This document shows positions 45,884 through 54,377 of a stretch of 64,000 nt of DNA, piece after piece. The first letter of the stretch is position 1. Each line of letters begins with the position of its first letter. The DNA comes from an uncultured Flavobacteriales bacterium (lineage in GTDB: Bacteria; Bacteroidota; Bacteroidia; Flavobacteriales_G; Salibacteraceae): positions 30,623-94,622 of the forward strand of contig CALCCE010000251.1 of NCBI GenBank assembly GCA_937899835.1. The letters are read 5' to 3'. Under the pieces are notes generated by a model. That model searched no databases and was not told the DNA's origin. It saw nothing but the letters and a program-made list of their open reading frames with translations. The translations under genes were made by a program, and so were the position numbers.

Positions 45884-46372
45884 ATGAAAGCAACTGCTCT
45901 TCATTCCCTATTCTTTCACAAACTTTTGATATTGGGTTGCCTTGTGGTTATATCACTGTTGGCCAGCTGCGGATCAAAAGGCGGATGTACCGATTGTTAT
46001 GCGATAAATTTTGATCCCGATGCCAATAAGGACGACGGCAGTTGTACCTACCTGAGTGATCGTTACCTGGGCCAATGGCGCATTGTTGATTCCTTGTCCG
46101 ACTTTCTAACTGCTTCGATAGATACCTACGACATTCAAATCAGTGCGGCCTACCCCAATGCCAGCCATTTGGACTTTAGCCGTGTTCGAGGAAATTATGG
46201 AAATATTGTTGCCATTCAGGGAGACTCTCTTTGTGTGTTGAGCTCCAGCCTGATATGTAATGGTCCTCACGGTTATTTCATCACCCAAGATTCTTTTTAC
46301 TTTAAAATCAATTGGGCCGCTGAGCCCAGTGGTGATGCACACTTTTCTGTGATCCGCGGAAGTAGGCTTTAA
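45884..46372 (+). CDS. hypothetical lipoprotein, tandem paralog A
   Basis: It has a lipoprotein signal (...ISLLASCGSKGG) followed by a Cys motif (CTDCYAINFDPDANKDDGSCTYLSD). It is a paralog of the next gene. Confidence 0.6.
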   Translation: MKATALHSLFFHKLLILGCLVVISLLASCGSKGGCTDCYAINFDPDANKDDGSCTYLSDRYLGQWRIVDSLSDFLTASIDTYDIQISAAYPNASHLDFSRVRGNYGNIVAIQGDSLCVLSSSLICNGPHGYFITQDSFYFKINWAAEPSGDAHFSVIRGSRL

Positions 46373-46424
46373 TTGCATTACAGAGGTTCAAATTGTCCTT
46401 ACGAAACCAAATTATGAGAGCAAT

Positions 46425-46919
46425 ATGAGTAGCTTTTCAGGAAAATTTTCAGGTCTGAAGACCTGTTCATTGTTAGTAATTATCAGTGTTGTCATCGGGT
46501 GCACCTCAAAAGATGGATGCACCGATTGCTTTGCCACCAACTACAACCCCGATGCCAATAAAGACGATGGCAATTGCACTTACCTCAGCGACCCCTACTT
46601 GGGTCAATGGGAGATGATTGACTCAACAGTCGACAACTTTCTTACTCCCTTTATAGATACCTACAACATTCAGATTACCGCTGGCGACCCCAATAAGAAC
46701 CATTTACAATTCAGCAGACTACCCGGGGGTTATGACAATCTGGTGGCCCTGTTCGGAGATTCGCTTTGCACTTTGGATGAAAGCTTACACTGCGAAGGTG
46801 GCCAAGGAGCATACAACGGTTATTTCATCACTCCAGATTCTTTTTATCTCAAAGTCAGTTGGTTAACGCCTACCTTTAGTGATGCTTATTATGCAGTGTT
46901 GCGGGGCAAGCGGTTGTAG
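46425..46919 (+). CDS. hypothetical lipoprotein, tandem paralog B
   Basis: It has a lipoprotein signal (...SVVIGCTSKDG) followed by CTDCFATNYNPDANKDDGNCTYLSD. It is collinear with paralog A through to the shared C terminus ...VLRGKRL / ...VIRGSRL. Confidence 0.6.
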   Translation: MSSFSGKFSGLKTCSLLVIISVVIGCTSKDGCTDCFATNYNPDANKDDGNCTYLSDPYLGQWEMIDSTVDNFLTPFIDTYNIQITAGDPNKNHLQFSRLPGGYDNLVALFGDSLCTLDESLHCEGGQGAYNGYFITPDSFYLKVSWLTPTFSDAYYAVLRGKRL

Positions 46920-46926
46920 GATAATA

Positions 46927-46960
46927 AACCTTCTGCCCAGGCAATCCTGAACAGAAGGTT
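46927..46960. terminator. hairpin between convergent lipoprotein and FG-GAP genes
   Basis: AACCTTCTG-(16 nt)-CAGAAGGTT is a perfect 9-bp stem, but the large loop and absent T-run make it weak. Confidence 0.35.
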
Positions 46961-46977
46961 GCTCAATTCTTATTGAC

Positions 46978-49395
46978 CTATCGATTCACAATCAGCTTTT
47001 TAACTTCGGTATTGGCTTGTCCAATAATTGACACAAAGTAAACTCCCGCAGGCATTTCACTTACATCAAAACTCAATCGCTTACCTGTCAATTCAGCATT
47101 TTTTTCTTTGATCAACTTGCCGTTGAGGTCGGTGATAACGATTTGGACGAAGGTGGATGCTGTAGAGTTGGCTTCCACATAAAATTGGGTAGCAGTTGGG
47201 TTAGGAAACAACTGAAAGGTTTCAGCTGCATCATTTTCCACTTCCAATGTCTCGGCTTGATCCGATGCTGTTACCGATTGCCTCAAAGCGTAACCGGTGT
47301 AATCCCAAAACCAATAATATCCCAATCCGGGTTTATAGTACTCAAAACTATTGCCCGTTCCTCTAAACATGTGGGTACGGGGTCCTGCACATTCTTCGGT
47401 ATAGTCATAGAACAAGGCAATGTCTTCATACCCATCGTCATTAAAATTACCGGCCACTACCCTTCCGGAAAAACGATCGGTATCGTACGCTGTGTTAATG
47501 GCATTGCACCAACCTGCCGAACCTTGGTATTGAAAATCGCTACCAGAGCTTAAGAAACTGTGCAAACGAGTAGTGTTGTCGGGCATTCTGTAATAACCTG
47601 CAATATCTTCAAAGTCATTATCGTCAAAATGACCGGCTACCAGCCGGAAGGTGAGGTTGTTGGATTCATATCCCGAGTTGATCACCGGACACCAATTGCT
47701 GTTGTAGTTAAATGCTCCTCCAGTGGACGTAAACACATCAATTCTGGAAGAATTACCCGGCAAATCCACCACCATGGCAATATCATCCAGTTGATCGCCA
47801 TTAAAATCTCCGGAAACCATACGACCCGTTACTGCATTGGCATCGTAAGGATTGTTCTCCAAATAGGTAGACCATCCCTGCGACCATTGATAATCAAATC
47901 CAGCTCCATTGGATAGAAATACGTGCAAGCGTGAGGTACCACTGCCGTAATCAAACAAGGTGGCCACATCATCCAAATTATCGCCATTGAAATCTCCGGA
48001 AACTACCCGGTGTTGGTATTTAGAGGCATCGTACCCACTGCCAATCAAAGCAGAACTCCACCCCAATTGTCCTTGATGAGTAAAGCCATGAGTTCCATTG
48101 GATAGAAAAACGTGCAGGCGGGATTCTCCATTACCGTTATCGTAAAATCCTCCAACATCATCGCGCCCGTCTCCGTTAAAGTCTCCCGAAAACATTCTTC
48201 CGGTTAGGCGTCCGGCATCGTAACCCAGCATGTAATCGGGCAACCATCCGTTTCCACCACGATAGATAAATCGATCCTCGTCGGTTGTCCAGGCATGCAA
48301 GCGAGAACCAACACCTGGGATGTAATGGAAAGCAGCCATATCCGTCATTCCATTGCCGTTCCAGTCTCCCGAAACAGTACGATAAGTAATGTTACTGGCT
48401 GAATAATTCAACCAAAGTGGGTCTACGGAGTATTCATCATAAGCAAAACACTTGTTGCCCCAACTGACCACACTAGCTGGTCCGATCGGATGCTTCAGCT
48501 CTATGATATCACCACAACTTTGAGGAGGATTACTATTGTCGTAAGCAATGTTCTCTGCCATCACATTGTCACACAAGGTATGCCATGGCCCTGCAGTGTT
48601 GTATTCAAAGAAAAAAGCGCGCTTATCAGGTCCCTTAACGTGCTCGGCAAAGTTGTTTTTCACAATACATCTTTTGGTGTATCCGTGGTTGCCATGAAAG
48701 GTCATCCCGGTAGGATAACGGCCCGTGTTGCGCAGGAGTTCATTGTCCCAGCTGCCCCGAGAAAGGTAAAGTGCATGATATCCCTGTGGATTATTGTCAA
48801 CCCGGCCGCCAATAAAGAGATTATCCGTTACTTGATTGAAGACACTCAATTGGTTGCTGACAGGATACACCGACGGATCCCATCCCTGACCTACTCCCAA
48901 CCAGAGCATCGCTCCGCCAAATCCTCCTTTTACATGGTCACCGTGAAATTCACAGAACTGCACTTTGCAGTAGTCAACTTGATCCAATTGTATACCAAGG
49001 CTGGCATTTTCGAAAATGACAGAAGTGATATTTACAAATTGGACGCCTCGCAAAACCAACATATAGTTCGAGTTCAAGACATAATCCTCTGGACGGGTTA
49101 CGGTAGCTCTGCACTCGACTGAACGGATATTAATGGGATGGGATTCGGTTCCTGACAAATCCCAGATCAGCTGATGACCGCCATTATTGGCCACATTGAT
49201 GGGTCCGTGGTTGGGGTCCAGCAGAACATTTATTGTCTTGCCTCCACCCTGTTGTTCTGCTTCTTTGAGCGCATCTTCAAGGGTCTTAATTGGAGAAGTT
49301 TCGGCATTGGAAACTAAAATGGTTACGTCTTGTCCTTTAACGAATGAAATGCAAAGGAACAGGCCGATTAGGGCCATAGAAAAATGTGTTTTCAT
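46978..49395 (-). CDS. secreted parallel-beta-helix + FG-GAP/VCBS-repeat protein with T9SS C-terminal sorting domain
   Basis: It has a signal peptide (MKTHFSMALIGLFLCISFVKGQ). The N-terminal ~330 aa carry beta-helix-like repeats (VQFVNITSVIFENASLGIQLDQVDYCKVQFCEFHG). Six ~62-aa repeats follow ([VF][SA]G[DH]F[ND]GD...D[DI]...SRLHVFLS.G..F.Y). The tail is FQLFPNPTATQFYVE...GVYFVSIIGQANTEVKKLIVNR. Confidence 0.8.
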   Translation of the reverse strand: MKTHFSMALIGLFLCISFVKGQDVTILVSNAETSPIKTLEDALKEAEQQGGGKTINVLLDPNHGPINVANNGGHQLIWDLSGTESHPINIRSVECRATVTRPEDYVLNSNYMLVLRGVQFVNITSVIFENASLGIQLDQVDYCKVQFCEFHGDHVKGGFGGAMLWLGVGQGWDPSVYPVSNQLSVFNQVTDNLFIGGRVDNNPQGYHALYLSRGSWDNELLRNTGRYPTGMTFHGNHGYTKRCIVKNNFAEHVKGPDKRAFFFEYNTAGPWHTLCDNVMAENIAYDNSNPPQSCGDIIELKHPIGPASVVSWGNKCFAYDEYSVDPLWLNYSASNITYRTVSGDWNGNGMTDMAAFHYIPGVGSRLHAWTTDEDRFIYRGGNGWLPDYMLGYDAGRLTGRMFSGDFNGDGRDDVGGFYDNGNGESRLHVFLSNGTHGFTHQGQLGWSSALIGSGYDASKYQHRVVSGDFNGDNLDDVATLFDYGSGTSRLHVFLSNGAGFDYQWSQGWSTYLENNPYDANAVTGRMVSGDFNGDQLDDIAMVVDLPGNSSRIDVFTSTGGAFNYNSNWCPVINSGYESNNLTFRLVAGHFDDNDFEDIAGYYRMPDNTTRLHSFLSSGSDFQYQGSAGWCNAINTAYDTDRFSGRVVAGNFNDDGYEDIALFYDYTEECAGPRTHMFRGTGNSFEYYKPGLGYYWFWDYTGYALRQSVTASDQAETLEVENDAAETFQLFPNPTATQFYVEANSTASTFVQIVITDLNGKLIKEKNAELTGKRLSFDVSEMPAGVYFVSIIGQANTEVKKLIVNR

Positions 49396-49480
49396 GACTT
49401 TTATTGAGGTTAAGAAGTTGAACGGGACAAGTTTCAGGCAAGACTAGAAACAGGGCAATTCCCGTTGATTAGATTGGCGC

Positions 49481-49488
49481 CAAATTTA
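49481..49488 (-). promoter_or_regulatory. candidate -7 box TAAATTTG for the FG-GAP gene
   Basis: This is an exact TAnnTTTG on the minus strand, ~86 nt upstream of ATG 49395 and immediately downstream of the GT4 stop. Confidence 0.35.
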
Positions 49489-49516
49489 CAGTTTCTTGTA
49501 GCTTTTTCCTATTCGC

Positions 49517-50611
49517 TTATCTGAACTTATTGTAAAATCCCTTCAACTTTTGGCCTTCGTTGCCCCAGTTAAAAGTGGTTTCAATCGCAATCCGGCCCGC
49601 CTTGCCCATCTTCTCTGCCTTGGGTACATCCGCCAGCAAGACCTCCATCGCTTCACGAACCGAAGCAGGATCGAGTGGATCAGCGACAATTCCTGCTTCT
49701 GCCTCCTTGAGAATTTGCTCCCAGTAAGAAATGTTGGACGCTACCACTGGAATACCAGCAGCCATGTATTCAAACATTTTCACTGGAAGGGCATCCAGGT
49801 AATTGATGATCGGATGCAAGGTCACCATGCCAGCTTGCACTTCTGCCAACAGCTGCGCCACCTGTTGACGGTCAAGAAAACCGAGGTAATCTACATTTTT
49901 CCATCCCGCTTCTTGTTCCAGTTCCTGTTGCAACTCGGGCGGAGAAAATTTTCCTGCCAGCTTTAAACGGATGTCCGTACCGGCCAGGGCTTGCACCAAC
50001 TCGCGTATGCCCCGCACCTCGGTGATGCCTCCAATGTAGGCCACCGAACGGCTTTTGACCACACCCTTTGCAGGTGGATCAAATTGATCCACGATCGGAT
50101 AGTTGTTCACATCCACCGTGCGGGGATTGAGTTTCAAAAAGCGGTCGCGAATGAAGGGAGTTGCAGTAACCACTCCCGACAGCCGGGAGGCCACATAATT
50201 TTCATACCGTTCAAACAACCAGGAGGTCAACTTGCGCACCGGTCCGGGAATCCAGTATTTGGCCAGAATTTGCCGGGGCACGTCTTCGTGCACATCATAC
50301 ACTACGATCTTCCCTTTTCGTTTCAAACGCAAGGCATAGGGCAAAAATTCAGGATCGTGAAAGTGGTATACGTCCGCATCTTGCTTCAGTGCTTCCTGAT
50401 ATACTTTACCGGGAGTGCGCAAAATGCGCTTTAACCGGCTTTGGGTGAAAGCGGGTACACCTACAATGACTACCCCCTGATCGGTTTCGTTGGGGCCATT
50501 GGCCACCAGCAACACCACTTCGTGACCTGCTTTTGCGAGCGTTGCGCACTCTTTGTGGAAAATTCGGGTGTCCTTAGCGGGATGTACCGTTGTGAGGTGG
50601 CAAACTTTCAT
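49517..50611 (-). CDS. family 4 (GT-B) glycosyltransferase
   Basis: The start region is MKVCHLTTVHPAKDTRIF. The C-terminal domain contains ALPVKMFEYMAAGIPVVASN. Confidence 0.85.
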   Translation of the reverse strand: MKVCHLTTVHPAKDTRIFHKECATLAKAGHEVVLLVANGPNETDQGVVIVGVPAFTQSRLKRILRTPGKVYQEALKQDADVYHFHDPEFLPYALRLKRKGKIVVYDVHEDVPRQILAKYWIPGPVRKLTSWLFERYENYVASRLSGVVTATPFIRDRFLKLNPRTVDVNNYPIVDQFDPPAKGVVKSRSVAYIGGITEVRGIRELVQALAGTDIRLKLAGKFSPPELQQELEQEAGWKNVDYLGFLDRQQVAQLLAEVQAGMVTLHPIINYLDALPVKMFEYMAAGIPVVASNISYWEQILKEAEAGIVADPLDPASVREAMEVLLADVPKAEKMGKAGRIAIETTFNWGNEGQKLKGFYNKFR

Positions 50612-51923
50612 CGTTTCCTGACCGGCTTACCATGTCTTCTTCCAGGTTACCGGTAAGTAATTTGTCGGCAAAGTAAGCCAAAAGCGTTAAAACCATCCAA
50701 TTGACTGGCATTCCGATAAAGGAACTGGCTGAATTGGAAACTAAGAAATAGCCAATGGTGGTCAACAAGCCATACTCTACAATGTAGAAGGCGTCCTTGT
50801 GGTAGTTGCGGTGCTTCCAAAATACTTTGAACACTTTTCCGATCCACAACAAGCACAAAACGGTGATCAATAAGCCATACTGAGAAGCAATTTCCACGAT
50901 CCAGCTGTGGGGATTCAGTGTTGTACCGGTATCGCGCCCAGTAACTTTCCGTTGGGTATAGACCCTAAAATTCCCGGCTCCAATACCAAAGCCAGCCGAT
51001 TGCCAAAAGTAGTCCCATCCGTTGAGCATCAGTTTGGCACGCACATTTCCTGAGCTGTGCGGATCGCTGGGAATTTCCAATGTGATGGGTTCTCCAAGAC
51101 GGCCCATCGTGTTAGACTTTTCGAAGGTGTTGGTTAAAAAGATGCTGCCCGTTATGCCGATTACCATCAAGATACCCACCACCGTTTTTTGCATGTTGAA
51201 TAAGTAGGACTTGATGTTGGGGTTGTAGTACGATAGGCCTATCCACCCAATGAGCAGCACCCAAAAAGCGATCATGCCCAAGCGGCTACCCGTTGAAAAA
51301 ATAAAGTAAAAGGCCACCGGCCAGGTGAGTACCGACCATTTCCAGCGGTCTTTGAGCAGGAAGGTAACAATGGGCAGCGCCAGAATGATGTAGGTGCTGT
51401 AGTTGTTGGGGTTGTCGAAGGTCACCACCGGAACGAGGTTCACCGGGTGATTCATGGCCAGGGTATTGAGTTTGTCAATGAAAGGGCCTGTGAAGTGAAA
51501 CCCGGTTTGAATCTCCCACAATGCAATTCCGTTGACGACCGCAAACCCACATAGAAAAGCGTATCCAACGGTTTTAAAACTGTTTTCAGCTTTCCGCAAC
51601 AGCGATACTACCACCAGGTAAATCACAATGCCCGTTGCGAGGTAAAACAGGTCTTTTAAAGAAGATTTTAGGCTCACCGACCAAAGCATGGAGAGGCACC
51701 CGTAGGAAAACCAAAGGATCAGCAGGTGGAACAAATTTTTCGAAAGTGGCCCTACATGGGTTTTCAGGTCCCGGTTCCAGATCAATAAGATCAGCGAAAT
51801 CAACAGCACTACCCGAAAGGCGTACACGTTGATAAACCCTAAATCTATGCCCAACAAGTAGCTTCCAAGGGGCATGGAAAACACAATTACAAACAACAAA
51901 CCGGCATACCAGCTTCTGAGCAT
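50574..51923 (-). CDS. O-antigen polymerase/ligase-like (Wzy_C) polytopic membrane protein, copy 2
   Basis: It has many hydrophobic segments and a Wzy_C-type loop (TLNPHSWIVEIASQYGLL). The 3' end overlaps the next gene by 38 nt. Confidence 0.7.
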   Translation of the reverse strand: MLRSWYAGLLFVIVFSMPLGSYLLGIDLGFINVYAFRVVLLISLILLIWNRDLKTHVGPLSKNLFHLLILWFSYGCLSMLWSVSLKSSLKDLFYLATGIVIYLVVVSLLRKAENSFKTVGYAFLCGFAVVNGIALWEIQTGFHFTGPFIDKLNTLAMNHPVNLVPVVTFDNPNNYSTYIILALPIVTFLLKDRWKWSVLTWPVAFYFIFSTGSRLGMIAFWVLLIGWIGLSYYNPNIKSYLFNMQKTVVGILMVIGITGSIFLTNTFEKSNTMGRLGEPITLEIPSDPHSSGNVRAKLMLNGWDYFWQSAGFGIGAGNFRVYTQRKVTGRDTGTTLNPHSWIVEIASQYGLLITVLCLLWIGKVFKVFWKHRNYHKDAFYIVEYGLLTTIGYFLVSNSASSFIGMPVNWMVLTLLAYFADKLLTGNLEEDMVSRSGNDESLPPHNGTSR

Positions 51924-53089
51924 CAGGCAGGGATTAGTGTTTGATAGATGTCTTGCAATTGCTTCACGGTTGAGCCTGGATCAAATTTTTCTACTACACT
52001 CTGACGGAGTGCTTCCATAGGATACGCCTCGGGGTGGTTCATCACGTTAGAAATGGCCTCTGCCAAGGCAGCCACGTTTCCGGGTTCGCAAAGTAAGCCA
52101 TTCTTGTCGGTCACAATATCTTCTGGTCCTCCCGATCGGGTAGCCACCACCGGGGTGCCGCAGGCAAGGGCTTCTACCAATACCACGCCAAATGTTTCCA
52201 CATAACTGGAAGATACCATCAAGTCGGCCGCCCGGTATTGGGCGGGCAAAGCGCTCTTGGGAAGCAGCCCTAAAAACCGGGTCTGCTCACCTACGCCAAG
52301 TTCTTGGGCCAAGGTTTCCAACGCTTTTCGAGCAGGCCCATCTCCAACGATCGAGAGGGTGCAATGCGGATGCGTTTCTACCACCTTCGCAAAAGCTTTG
52401 AGCAAAATATCAATGCCTTTGTTGGGGTTGAGCAAGGCCACCGTAAGCAACTTACCATTGGGTCGTTTTTGAATTTCCGGTAAGGAAAATCGACTCAAAT
52501 CCAAGAAATTGGGCACCACCACTACGTTGCCCTCATAGCCAAGACGGGAAATAGAACGGGTAAGGTCGGTACTTACGGCCAAGACCTTGTTCGCTTGTTT
52601 GTAGCAGTCCAGCAACAAGCGTTTTTCCCGGGGGCGCAGCAAGCCGCGTTTCAAGGCGGAAGAATGTTCGGTGATGACCAAAGGTATACGGTGTTCGCGG
52701 GCCAAGTCAACGGCAGCCCAACCCGCCCAAAGACCAACGTGCGCATGAATGAGATCGGGGAGGCCGTGTTCAGCAACATATTGGTCAAACAGCCGATGAA
52801 TTCCTTGACGATACACTTTTTGCTGGTAGCCTGAATGACCGGGCACCAAATTATAAGCTGCATAGCGCAACACCGGGAAGGGAGCTTCCTGCACAAAGAT
52901 TTCCCGAAGTGGCACAGGCAATTGAAATCGCTGTCGCAATTGCCCTACTGGCAACACCAAAGGAGCGGCTACACCCACCTGCATTCCCGCCGTGTGTAAA
53001 GCATCCACCTGATCGCGAAAAAAAGTACCTGCCGTGTTGTCGACAGAAGAAGGCCAGGTATTGGGAATTACCAAAACGTGCATGCTCAT
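51923..53089 (-). CDS. family 4 (GT-B) glycosyltransferase
   Basis: Its real start is ATG 53089 (MSMHVLVIPNTWPSS), which overlaps the wzx stop (ATGA). It carries the ETFGVVLVEALACGTPVVATRSGGPEDIV motif. The ORF-track extension to 53395 lies inside wzx in another frame. Confidence 0.85.
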   Translation of the reverse strand: MSMHVLVIPNTWPSSVDNTAGTFFRDQVDALHTAGMQVGVAAPLVLPVGQLRQRFQLPVPLREIFVQEAPFPVLRYAAYNLVPGHSGYQQKVYRQGIHRLFDQYVAEHGLPDLIHAHVGLWAGWAAVDLAREHRIPLVITEHSSALKRGLLRPREKRLLLDCYKQANKVLAVSTDLTRSISRLGYEGNVVVVPNFLDLSRFSLPEIQKRPNGKLLTVALLNPNKGIDILLKAFAKVVETHPHCTLSIVGDGPARKALETLAQELGVGEQTRFLGLLPKSALPAQYRAADLMVSSSYVETFGVVLVEALACGTPVVATRSGGPEDIVTDKNGLLCEPGNVAALAEAISNVMNHPEAYPMEALRQSVVEKFDPGSTVKQLQDIYQTLIPA

Positions 53090-54357
53090 TGGCTTTCGGG
53101 ACGGAAACGATTGATGAAGACAAAGGCCAACACAATGGCCAGCAAGTAAAACACCGACTGGGCAATGGTATAGCACCAAAGGGTGGGTTTTACGGTACCA
53201 AACCAGGCATATCCACCTGAAATACCCACCGCCACCATCAACAAATGCAGGCCATCGAAATACATCATGGTACGCTGCCGCCGGAGACGAATGTAAATAA
53301 ACGACAAAGAAGAAGAAACAAAGCTGATGCTGATCCAGATAATTACAATTCGCAGGTAATCCATCAGATTGGTCCATTGGTCGCCCAAAAGCCAAACCAC
53401 TACCGTAGACGGCACCAAATAAGCACCGATCACCAACGAGGCACTCACGGCAAACAGGCGCAGCATGTGTTTTTGATACACTTTTCTCAGTTCCTCTTGC
53501 GTGTGGAGGCCGGCCAGTTCTTTGTAATACACTTGGGCAAAAGAACGGCTGATGATGCCCAGACCTACCGACACATATCCCGTGGCCAGGCCCACATTGC
53601 CCAATACTTCTTTGCCAAAATAATAGCCCAGCAACCAGGCGTAGAGAAAGTTGATCAACGTGCTCCCCAGAAAGGCTGAAGGAGTTGAATAGCGCAAAAA
53701 GTCACGGTGTTTGACGGCAAGACTCCATACCTTTTGCCGCTTCACCAGTTTCCAATCCTGCGCCAGGCCGCGCCAGGAGAGCGTTACCATGTAACACAAG
53801 GCAGCGACTTCACCCACTACCCTGCCCCAAACCAAACCCACGCCCCACTGCCGCAGGCCTCCGCCAAGTTTGGCACCTTCGGCCAGGCCAGATTGCATCA
53901 GTTTACTCCCGGCAATGGTTTTGAACCGCCCTTGGCTGTTCATGCGGTAATTCAACACTTCGTAGGCACCCACTGCCACTACCGTTAAGGGCACTAAATA
54001 GAGCAAATGGCCCAATTCGTTCCAGCCTTGTTGATCGAGCCAGGGCCTTAATATAAAAACTGTGGCGCCCACCAAAAGGGCCATGCTGAAGGCAAGCAAC
54101 AAACCGAAAAAGGTGAGGTTGGCCCGGCCTTCCGGGTCTTTTTCCAACACGATAGCAAACTCGTATTTCAGAGAAGCCACGCGGGCAAACAGCAGAGAAG
54201 TAGCAGTGTAGGTGGTCAGCAAACCAAAATCGGCTTCCGAGTACAGGCGCGTGAGCACCGGCAACATCAAAAAAGGAATGGCCTGACCGGCGGTGGTTCC
54301 CGTCACCAAGGTCAATACATCACGACTAAAGCGGGAAACCTGAAAGCGGGACGCCAA
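53086..54357 (-). CDS. wzx: polysaccharide/oligosaccharide flippase (MOP superfamily, Wzx-like)
   Basis: It is a 423-aa protein with ~12 hydrophobic segments and an N terminus (LVTGTTAGQAIPFLMLPVLTRLYSEADFG) typical of Wzx flippases. Confidence 0.8.
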   Translation of the reverse strand: MASRFQVSRFSRDVLTLVTGTTAGQAIPFLMLPVLTRLYSEADFGLLTTYTATSLLFARVASLKYEFAIVLEKDPEGRANLTFFGLLLAFSMALLVGATVFILRPWLDQQGWNELGHLLYLVPLTVVAVGAYEVLNYRMNSQGRFKTIAGSKLMQSGLAEGAKLGGGLRQWGVGLVWGRVVGEVAALCYMVTLSWRGLAQDWKLVKRQKVWSLAVKHRDFLRYSTPSAFLGSTLINFLYAWLLGYYFGKEVLGNVGLATGYVSVGLGIISRSFAQVYYKELAGLHTQEELRKVYQKHMLRLFAVSASLVIGAYLVPSTVVVWLLGDQWTNLMDYLRIVIIWISISFVSSSLSFIYIRLRRQRTMMYFDGLHLLMVAVGISGGYAWFGTVKPTLWCYTIAQSVFYLLAIVLAFVFINRFRPESQ

Positions 54358-54377
54358 GAGCTGAACTTAGTACAATA

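Noticed and set aside
53090-53395. N-terminal extension of ORF 51923..53395 (490 aa)
   Set aside because: It overlaps the 3' end of wzx in another frame. The glycosyltransferase homology begins at MSMHVLVIPN (ATG 53089), which overlaps the wzx stop.
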